Source: Gammaproteobacteria bacterium
Lineage (GTDB): Bacteria > Pseudomonadota > Gammaproteobacteria > SZUA-140
Direction of reading: 5' to 3'
Length of the DNA: 64,000 bases
Assembly: GCA_020845975.1 (NCBI GenBank)
Contig: JADLET010000077.1
Span: forward strand, 13,721-77,720
Shown here piece after piece: positions 56,861-64,000 of this stretch. Both the position numbers and the translations under genes were made by a program. Numbering within the stretch: position 1 is the first letter of the stretch; each line of letters begins with the position of its first letter. Under the pieces are notes generated by a model, which was given only the letters and a program-made list of their open reading frames with translations, was not told the origin of the DNA and did not search any database.

Positions 56861-56878
56861 GAAAATAAATACGCCCCC
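56861..56878. repeat. Half-site of family-2 REP (gaaaataaatacgccccc)
   Basis: Matches the right arm of the 53901 and 54521 elements. No obvious partner arm nearby. Confidence 0.45.
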
Positions 56879-56889
56879 ATACATCCTGA

Positions 56890-59800
56890 CTAGGAGGTTC
56901 GCGACGTGTCCTGTCGTGGTTCCGGCTGCGCCGTCATCTCCTGTTCCAGTTGCCGCGCGACGTCGCCGGGTGAGCCGGTGCGGCGCGCCAGCAGCTGGTA
57001 AGCGGCCGGGACGACGAAGAGGGTGAAGAAGGTCGCCGCGATCACTCCGCACAGGATGACCGTGCCGATCACGACGCGGGTCTCGGTGCCCGCGCCAGAA
57101 GAGATCAGCAGGGGTATGGTGCCGGCGGCGGTCGTCAGGTTGGTCATGATGATAGGGCGCAAGCGTATCTCGGCCGCCTCCATCAGTGCATCGTGGAACG
57201 GTTTCCCGGCGTCGCGCAGCTGGTTGGCGAATTCCACGATCAGGATGCCGTTCTTGGCCGCCAGTCCGACCAGCATCAGCAGGCCGATCTGGCTGAAAAT
57301 GTTGAGCGACATCCCGAACGCATACAGACCGAACAGGGCCCCGATCATCGCGAGCGGCACGGTGAGGATGACGATGAGCGGGTGAATCCAGCTCTCGAAC
57401 AGGGCCGCGAGCGCCAGGAAGACGACCGCGAGGCCGAGCAGGAAGATGAAGGTGATCGAGCCGCTGCTGAGCCTGAAGTCGCGTGACTGGCCCTTGTAGT
57501 CGATGATGACGCTCGGTGGCAGGTTCTCGCGCGCCAGATTATCCAGGTAGTCCAGCGCGTCGCCCATGGCGAGCCCGTCGGCCAGGTTGGCCTCGAGGGT
57601 GATGGCGCGCACGCGGTTGAAGCGGTTGAGCGAGATCGAATCGGCGAAGTTCTCCAGGGTCACGATATTTGACAGCGGGATGAGTTCGCCGCTGCGTTCA
57701 GAGCGGATATAGATATTCTCCAGGCTCGCGGGCGAGCGCTGCGCATCGCGTTCGCCCTGCAGAATCACATCGTATTCCTCGCCATTGTCGAGATAGGTGG
57801 TGACGCGGCGCGAGCCCAGCATGGTCTCCAGCGTGCGGCCGAGCGCGCTGACGGTGACGCCGAGATCGGCGGCGCGGTTATAGTCGATGCTCACGCCGAG
57901 CTGGGGCTTGGTTTCCTTGTAATCCCAGTCGATGCCCTGCAGCCCGGGATTGTTCCCGTTGATCTTCTCGAGCAGGATATCGCGCCACTGCGCCAGTTCC
58001 TCGTAGGTCCCGCCGCCGATGACGAACTGCACAGGCTTGCGGGTGCGGCCGCCGAAGCCCTGCCGCATCACGGGAAACGCCTGTACACCGCTCAGCCCGC
58101 CGAGACGGGCGCGCACATCGTCCATGACGTCCCAGGCCGAGCGCCGCTTGCCCCATTCGTTCAGTACGGCGATCGCGATGCCGCGGTTGAAAATCTCGAC
58201 ATTGCCAAAAGCGGTCGGCGCGCGCACCAGCAGGCGGGTGATCTCACCGTTCTCGACCAGGGGCATCAGGCGCCGCTCCACTTCATCCATATAGCGGGCG
58301 ATGTATTCGTAGGAGGCGCCTTCCGGTGCGGTGACCATGACGAAGAAGGCGCCGCGGTCTTCCTTCGGCGTGTATTCACCCGGGATCTCACGCAGCAGCC
58401 AGACGGCGGCCGCGAAGATGAGGATGAAGGCCAGGCCGACGACCCAGGCGTGCCGCAGTGTGCCTCGCAGGGCAATGTGATAACCGCGTCGCACCGCGCC
58501 GAAGGCGCGGTCGATCCCCTCGCTCAGCCTGGAATGTCCGGTCCCGTTCAGCACCTTGGAGGCCAGCATCGGCGACAGCGACAGGGCGACGAAGGCTGAA
58601 AAGGCGACCGCGGCCGCCATGGTCAGGGCGAATTCGGAGAACAGGCGCCCCAGGTCCCCCTCCAGGAAGACAATCGGCACGAACACCGCTATCAGCACGA
58701 TGGTCGTCGCGATGACGGCGAAGCCGACCTGGCGCGTGCCGCGGAAGGCGGCCACCAGGCGTGACTCGCCGTACTGTTCCATGCGGCGGTGGATGTTTTC
58801 GATCACCACGATCGCGTCATCGACCACCAGGCCAATCGCCAGCACCAGCGCCAGCAGGGTCAGGATGTTGATGGAAAAACCGAGGAGATGGAGTACCGTG
58901 GAGGTGGCGATCAGCGACACTGGCACCGTTACCGCGGGGACCAGTGTGGCGCGCGCGCTGCCCAGGAACAGGTAGATCACGCCGATCACGAGTGCGATGG
59001 CGATGATCAGCGTCTTGTAGACCTCGTGAATGGCGCCTTCGACGAACACGGAGGAATCGTAGCTCTGCCGGATCTCCATGCCCTCCGGCAGGGTCGGGTT
59101 GATGCGCGCCGCCTCCTCCTTGGCCAGGCGCGCCACCTCCAGGGTGTTGGCGGTGGACTGCTTGATGATGCCGATGCCGACCATCGGGACGCCGTTGCCG
59201 CGGAAGAACAGGCGGTCCTCCTCGGTGCCGCGCTCCACGCGGGCCACGTCGCCGAGCCGGACCAGATAGCCGTCGGCGCCGCGCGCCAGCACCAGTCGCG
59301 CGAAGTCCTCCGCGCTGGAGAACTGCCGCTGCACGCGCACAGTGAACTGTCGGTTGCCGGAGTCGATGCTGCCGGCCGGCAGCTCGACGTTCTCGGCGCG
59401 CAGCGCGTCCTCAACCTCGGTCACCGTCAGGTTGCGCGCCGCCAGCGCCTGGCGGTTGATCCAGATGCGCATGGCGTAGATCTGTTCGCCGCCGATGCGC
59501 ACCCGCGCCACGCCGCTCAGCACCGAAAAGCGGTCGGTCAGGTAGCGGTTGGCGTAGTCGGTAAGCTCCGGGACGCTCATGCGGTCGCTCGCAAGGTTGA
59601 GCCACATGATGACGTCTTCGTTGCTGTCGACCTTCTGGATCTCGGGCGGGTCCGCCTCGTCCGGCAGATCGTCAATGATGCCGGCGATGCGGTCGCGCAC
59701 GTCGTTGGCCGCCGCGTCGATGTCGCGGTCCACCTCGAATTCTATGGTGACACGGGCGCGGCCATCCTCGCTGCTGGACTCGATGAAGCGGATGCCCTCG

Positions 59801-60021
59801 ACGCCAGCGATGCGGTCCTCGACCAGCTTTGTGATGCGGGTTTCGACCACGTTGGCGGAGGCGCCGCGGTATGACACCTCGACCGAGACCACCGGCGAGT
59901 CGATGTCGGGATATTCGCGCAATGGCAGGCGTTCAAACGACACCAGGCCGAAGGCGATCAGCAACAGGGACAGGACGGTGGCGAAGACCGGCCGCCTGAT
60001 CGATACGTCCGACAGCATCAT
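56890..60021 (-). CDS. RND efflux transporter permease (AcrB/MdtB family)
   Basis: 1043 aa, 12 TM segments and two large periplasmic loops with an AcrB-like pattern. ATG overlaps the adaptor gene stop by 1 nt. Confidence 0.9.
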   Translation of the reverse strand: MMLSDVSIRRPVFATVLSLLLIAFGLVSFERLPLREYPDIDSPVVSVEVSYRGASANVVETRITKLVEDRIAGVEGIRFIESSSEDGRARVTIEFEVDRDIDAAANDVRDRIAGIIDDLPDEADPPEIQKVDSNEDVIMWLNLASDRMSVPELTDYANRYLTDRFSVLSGVARVRIGGEQIYAMRIWINRQALAARNLTVTEVEDALRAENVELPAGSIDSGNRQFTVRVQRQFSSAEDFARLVLARGADGYLVRLGDVARVERGTEEDRLFFRGNGVPMVGIGIIKQSTANTLEVARLAKEEAARINPTLPEGMEIRQSYDSSVFVEGAIHEVYKTLIIAIALVIGVIYLFLGSARATLVPAVTVPVSLIATSTVLHLLGFSINILTLLALVLAIGLVVDDAIVVIENIHRRMEQYGESRLVAAFRGTRQVGFAVIATTIVLIAVFVPIVFLEGDLGRLFSEFALTMAAAVAFSAFVALSLSPMLASKVLNGTGHSRLSEGIDRAFGAVRRGYHIALRGTLRHAWVVGLAFILIFAAAVWLLREIPGEYTPKEDRGAFFVMVTAPEGASYEYIARYMDEVERRLMPLVENGEITRLLVRAPTAFGNVEIFNRGIAIAVLNEWGKRRSAWDVMDDVRARLGGLSGVQAFPVMRQGFGGRTRKPVQFVIGGGTYEELAQWRDILLEKINGNNPGLQGIDWDYKETKPQLGVSIDYNRAADLGVTVSALGRTLETMLGSRRVTTYLDNGEEYDVILQGERDAQRSPASLENIYIRSERSGELIPLSNIVTLENFADSISLNRFNRVRAITLEANLADGLAMGDALDYLDNLARENLPPSVIIDYKGQSRDFRLSSGSITFIFLLGLAVVFLALAALFESWIHPLIVILTVPLAMIGALFGLYAFGMSLNIFSQIGLLMLVGLAAKNGILIVEFANQLRDAGKPFHDALMEAAEIRLRPIIMTNLTTAAGTIPLLISSGAGTETRVVIGTVILCGVIAATFFTLFVVPAAYQLLARRTGSPGDVARQLEQEMTAQPEPRQDTSRTS

Positions 60022-61118
60022 TACGGCATCTTCTCCAGCAGTTTCGACAATGGCACCGTGCCGTCATCGACGGCCACGATGTCGACCTGCTCGCCTGGCT
60101 TGACGCGCGTCGTGCCGTGGGTGACGACCTTGTCTCCCGCGGTCAGACCTTCCAGGATTTCCGCCTGGCCAGGACGGCGTGCGCCGAGGCGGACCTCGCG
60201 CCGCGCCAGGGTGTTCCCGTTCGCTCCGTCCACGAGCAATACGAATTGCCTGTCGCCGAGCGGCATCAGCGCCTCCTCGGGAATCACCAGGCCTTCCCGG
60301 ATATTGCGCAGCAGATTCACCTGCATCAGCAGTCCGGGCCGGAGATTGCGATCGGGATTGGGCAGCACCGCGCGCACCAGCACCGTACGTGTCACCGGGT
60401 CGATGCGGCTGTCGATGGCGGTAACCTCGCCGCGGAACTCGTGCGCGCCATAGGCTGCGGTGAAGGCGAGGACCGGCAGCCCGGTCCGCAGGCTGTCGAG
60501 ATAGAGGCTCGGCACGGGAAACTCCAGTTTCATCCGGCTGTCGTCGTCCAGCGTGGCGATCAGATCGCCGGGTTCCACCAGCGCGCCGAGGCTGACATTG
60601 CGCAATCCGATGACGCCGGCGAACGGCGCCTTGATGAGGCGGTCCTTGAGGCGCGATTCGATCGCGCCGAGGCGTGCCCGCGCGGTTTCCAGGTCGCGCC
60701 GGCGCTCGTCGAGCAGTGAGGCGGCGGCGGTGCCCTGCTGCTGCAGGGACTGCACGCGTTCGTACTGGCGCCGCGCCTCATCGACGGTGGCGCGCGCCTC
60801 CTCGAGCTGCGCGTGTTCCTCGTCGCGGGTCATTTCGACCAGCAGCGTGCCCGCGGCGACGCGGTCGCCGTCGTCGAAGTGGATGGCGCTCACGGTTTCG
60901 GTGATGGAGGAGGACAGTTGCACCGACTCGTTGGCCTTGAGCGTGCCGAGCGCCTCGATGCGATCGTCGAGGCGCTGGGCCCTGGCCTCGGCGACGATCA
61001 CCGCGGTGGCCGCCGCCGCGTGGCCGGCCGCGAGGAGAAGCACGGGCAGTGCTGAGACAAGGGCGAGGATATGGCGGCGGTTACGGCGGTTACGGCGGAT
61101 GCGGGACGCGGAGGGCAC
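60021..61118 (-). CDS. RND efflux periplasmic adaptor subunit (MFP/HlyD_D23 family)
   Basis: Signal/anchor region, coiled-coil hairpin, lipoyl and beta-barrel domains. Operonic with the RND gene. Confidence 0.85.
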   Translation of the reverse strand: MPSASRIRRNRRNRRHILALVSALPVLLLAAGHAAAATAVIVAEARAQRLDDRIEALGTLKANESVQLSSSITETVSAIHFDDGDRVAAGTLLVEMTRDEEHAQLEEARATVDEARRQYERVQSLQQQGTAAASLLDERRRDLETARARLGAIESRLKDRLIKAPFAGVIGLRNVSLGALVEPGDLIATLDDDSRMKLEFPVPSLYLDSLRTGLPVLAFTAAYGAHEFRGEVTAIDSRIDPVTRTVLVRAVLPNPDRNLRPGLLMQVNLLRNIREGLVIPEEALMPLGDRQFVLLVDGANGNTLARREVRLGARRPGQAEILEGLTAGDKVVTHGTTRVKPGEQVDIVAVDDGTVPLSKLLEKMP

Positions 61119-61347
61119 GACTATCTCCTTGTTGGGAGTGGTGAAATGACTGCGAGCGACGGTCTAACGTAACAAAAAATCACCGCGCGTGTCGATGATT
61201 TCCCGCGTCCGGCCAGTACGGAACCGGCGGAGCGACATCCATGGCCTGGGACATGATCGCCACTGTCGGCGCGGCGGCGTTTGCGGTAACGTATTGCCGT
61301 CTACGGCGCGCGGCGCCGTCGCAAAGCCCCACGGAGAAAGAAATCGT

Positions 61348-61800
61348 ATGGACTATGGGATCCAGGACTGGCACTGGCTGGTCTTCGGCATGCTGCTGAT
61401 GATCGCGGAGATCTTCGTCGCGACCTTTTTCATCTTCTGGTTCGGGCTGGGCGCGCTGGTGGTGGCCGCCGTGCTCTGGTTTGCCCCGGCGCTCGGATTC
61501 GGTACACAGTTGCTATTGTGGGCCGTGTTCTCCTCCATGTTCGCCCTGCTCTGGTTTCGCTATTTCAGGCCCTTGATGATCGACCGGACCAAGGCCGGCA
61601 TCTCGCGCGAGGCAATCGTCGGTGAGACCGGTCAGGTCATTCGCATCCCGGCCGGGAAGACGCGCGGCGTGGTGCGCTTCGCGACCCCGTTGCTGGGTTC
61701 GGAGGAGTGGCCGTTTCTGTGCGAGCAGGCCGTGGAGGCCGGCGACCGCGTCGTGGTTATGGATATTTCGGGGAATACCCTCGTCGTCGAAAAGCGATGA
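61348..61800 (+). CDS. NfeD-family membrane protein (stomatin-operon partner)
   Basis: Two or three TM segments plus a C-terminal OB-fold (GETGQVIRIPAGKTRGVVRF...RVVVMDISGNTLVV). RBS ggagaaag. Confidence 0.75.
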   Translation: MDYGIQDWHWLVFGMLLMIAEIFVATFFIFWFGLGALVVAAVLWFAPALGFGTQLLLWAVFSSMFALLWFRYFRPLMIDRTKAGISREAIVGETGQVIRIPAGKTRGVVRFATPLLGSEEWPFLCEQAVEAGDRVVVMDISGNTLVVEKR

Positions 61801-61840
61801 GGGCAGTGGGTTTCAACCCGTCGACAAGGAGCGGATCGCC

Positions 61841-62686
61841 ATGATTGTCGTAGCAGTGTTCGTCGTGCTGGTGATTATTACCATCGGGCTGGGTGTGCGC
61901 ATCGTGCCGCAGGGCTTCAAGCATGTGGTGCAGCGTCTCGGAAAGTACCATGTCACGCTCGGTCCCGGACTTAATCTCATCGTGCCCTACATCGACAGCG
62001 TGGCCTATCGGGTCACGACCAAGGACATCGTTCTGGATATTCCCTCGCAGGAGGTGATCACCAGGGACAACGCCGTGATCATCGCCAACGCCGTCGCCTA
62101 TATCAATATCATCGCGCCTGAGAAGGCGGTCTACGGAGTCGAGGATTACACGCTGGCGATCCGCACGCTGGTGCAGACCTCATTGCGCTCGATCGTCGGC
62201 GAGATGGATCTCGACGACGCGCTGTCCTCGCGCGACCAGATCAAGGCGCGGCTCAAGACCGCGATCTCGGACGATATCGCCGACTGGGGCATCACCCTGA
62301 AGACGGTGGAGATCCAGGACATCAACCCCTCGCAGACCATGCAGAAGGCGATGGAGGAGCAGGCGGCCGCCGAGCGCCAGCGGCGCGCCACCGTGACGCG
62401 CGCCGAGGGCGAGAAGACCGCCGCCATCCTAGAGGCCGAAGGCCGCCTCGAGGCCTCCCGGCGCGATGCCCAGGCCCAGGTCCTGCTGGCCGAGGCCAGC
62501 CAGATGGCGATCGACAAGGTCAGTCAGGCGATCCGCGACCGGGAGCTGCCGGCCGTCTATCTGCTGGGCGAGAAATACATCGAGGCAATGAGGCAGTTGT
62601 CCGGTTCCCAGAACTCCAAGATCGTCGTTCTGCCCGCGGACCTGCCGGCCGCCGTGCGGGGCATCATGAGCGCGCTGGGGAAGTAA
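61841..62686 (+). CDS. SPFH/band-7 stomatin-like protein
   Basis: N-terminal TM, SPFH domain (VPQGFKHVVQRLGKY...), C-terminal coiled coil. RBS aaggag. Confidence 0.85.
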   Translation: MIVVAVFVVLVIITIGLGVRIVPQGFKHVVQRLGKYHVTLGPGLNLIVPYIDSVAYRVTTKDIVLDIPSQEVITRDNAVIIANAVAYINIIAPEKAVYGVEDYTLAIRTLVQTSLRSIVGEMDLDDALSSRDQIKARLKTAISDDIADWGITLKTVEIQDINPSQTMQKAMEEQAAAERQRRATVTRAEGEKTAAILEAEGRLEASRRDAQAQVLLAEASQMAIDKVSQAIRDRELPAVYLLGEKYIEAMRQLSGSQNSKIVVLPADLPAAVRGIMSALGK

Positions 62687-62700
62687 TTTTCGGTGGGCGT

Positions 62701-62737
62701 GCCCCATAAAAAACACAGGGCGCCCGAAGGCGCCCTG
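62701..62737 (-). terminator. Rho-independent terminator for the porin gene (between convergent genes)
   Basis: cagggcgcccgaaggcgccctg hairpin. On the minus strand it is followed by a U-run (tgtttttt). Confidence 0.75.
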
Positions 62738-62760
62738 TCACACAGCTACGCAGAAAGGAA

Positions 62761-63837
62761 TTACATCAGCTTTCCGCCGAATTTATGCACGATGCCCAGG
62801 CTGAAGGCGGACTGCGTGTAACCAGTGGTCGGATCATCGGGACGTCCGACGCCTTTCAGGCGGTAGCGCGCGTTGTCATCATTACTGACACTGGCGTACA
62901 GCGCATAGACCTCGGTGTTCTTCGCCAGCTTGTTCGACAGACCCAGGGCGAAGTGCGAGGCGCCTGACTCGTCGGTCGAATCCAGGTCATCGGCCTGGCC
63001 GACGGCCGCCATCAGCTTCATGGTGTCGCTCAGCTTGTGCGATCCGCTGATGTAGAAGGCGCTGCGGGCGTCGTCGTCCCCGTTGTCGATATCTTCGTAG
63101 ATCACGCTGACCTTGGTGCCCTGACCGAAGTCCCAGCCGCCGGACATCTTCATGGCCTCGGGATCCTCGTCGCCGCCGGTCCCTGTCTTGTACTGCTCGA
63201 TGGCGGCACTCAGGCTGAGCGGGCCCTGTCCATACAGGACGGCCGCGCTGAGCATGGTGTTGTCCGGCTCGGCCGCCTTGGGCAGGTCGTCTTCGGTTGC
63301 ATCCACGCCCAGGGAATAGCCTACCTTGACCTTCGCCCCGTTCAAATCGGGGGAGGTGTACTGGATCTGGTTGGCAACACGCTCCTCGAAATCCACGGCG
63401 CCGTCGATCGAGCCGATTATGGCCTCGACGTCTGCGCGGGTGTCGCCGAACATATCCTCATACGCCTGCTTGTAGGGCGTATCGATCCGTCCCAGGTCGA
63501 TGGTGCCGAAGCCCCCGGTCAGGCCAACGAAGGTATTGCGGTCATTGCGGTCGTCGGTGTCCCAGCCCCCGGTGTCCGCGAAGAACTCGAATTCCGCCTG
63601 GAAATGGGCGGACAGATCGTCATTGATCTGCTCGTCACCCTTGAAGCGGATGCGCGACGCGTTGCTGCTCAGAGCCAGCGTACTGTCGTCATTCGCGCTA
63701 TCTTCATCGTCATTGCTCATGAAATCGATCGAGGCGTGAACCTTGCCGTCGATCGAGAATTCCGCTGCGGCGGTCGACATCCACAGGGGAAGCGCCAGCA
63801 TCCCGGTCAGTGCGATTGCAATCTTTTTGCGTTTCAT
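62761..63837 (-). CDS. Outer-membrane porin (Gram-negative porin superfamily)
   Basis: Signal peptide ending AAAE, alternating amphipathic beta-strand pattern, acidic Asp-rich loops, aromatic girdle residues. 358 aa. Confidence 0.7.
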   Translation of the reverse strand: MKRKKIAIALTGMLALPLWMSTAAAEFSIDGKVHASIDFMSNDDEDSANDDSTLALSSNASRIRFKGDEQINDDLSAHFQAEFEFFADTGGWDTDDRNDRNTFVGLTGGFGTIDLGRIDTPYKQAYEDMFGDTRADVEAIIGSIDGAVDFEERVANQIQYTSPDLNGAKVKVGYSLGVDATEDDLPKAAEPDNTMLSAAVLYGQGPLSLSAAIEQYKTGTGGDEDPEAMKMSGGWDFGQGTKVSVIYEDIDNGDDDARSAFYISGSHKLSDTMKLMAAVGQADDLDSTDESGASHFALGLSNKLAKNTEVYALYASVSNDDNARYRLKGVGRPDDPTTGYTQSAFSLGIVHKFGGKLM

Positions 63838-64000
63838 TTCAGTCTCCCTTTGTTATGCCTGAACTGTCTCGATGTTTCATTTTCTGGATTATGCGTGTAT
63901 TACATCTGTGCTCGATTCGTGTTGCAAGTTTCCTGTCACATTTTTGCGACTGAGGTAATGGCGTGCTTGGCGTGGAATCTCAATCGCAAAAGAAATGGCC

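Overview
High-GC (~65-68%) gammaproteobacterial chromosome segment; no tools were used, so all calls come from reading the ORF translations and the DNA. Gene order aspS - ruvCAB - ybgC-tolQRAB-pal-ybgF - queE-queC - tRNA-Lys matches the Pseudomonas-type layout. This is mostly core genome: partial acnA, an SDR, an ATM1-type ABC exporter, FmdB/DUF502, aspS, nadA, ruvCAB, the full tol-pal cluster, queEC, uvrA, ssb, nadE-glnB, bamD, rluD, phoB-phoR-phoU, an RND efflux pair, NfeD/stomatin and a porin. Accessory material sits in three places. (1) A ~3.4 kb lower-GC islet directly 3' of tRNA-Lys (20.6-24.05 kb) holds a truncated DUF72 gene, a tandem PRC-barrel protein, HdeD and two small hypothetical genes, and is followed by an ATP-grasp ligase/HExxH-peptidase pair, a Bfr-like ferritin, an epimerase remnant, an EptA-like phosphoethanolamine transferase and a PilZ protein. 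(2) A phosphate/polyphosphate neighbourhood next to phoBRU holds an atypical pyruvate-kinase-like gene, a CYTH-CHAD protein, an orphan ParA-like ATPase and SixA. (3) A lower-GC two-domain GSCFA (SGNH-like) gene is bracketed by REP-like palindromes. Two intergenic hairpin-repeat families are visible. One has arms made of tandem heptamers (GTGATGG/CCATCAC, 4 copies; GGACTAA/TTAGTCC, 1 copy). The other is a GGGGACGGATTTA...TAAATCCGTCCCC palindrome (5 sites). A hybrid histidine kinase carries Gln in place of the phospho-accepting His, and a second BamD paralogue is fused to a SPOR domain. No transposase, integrase or CRISPR was found. The candidate I rate highest is the CYTH-CHAD/ParA-like pair, a possible polyphosphate-granule positioning system. 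Many long ORFs in the track are wrong-frame artefacts of high GC and were ignored.
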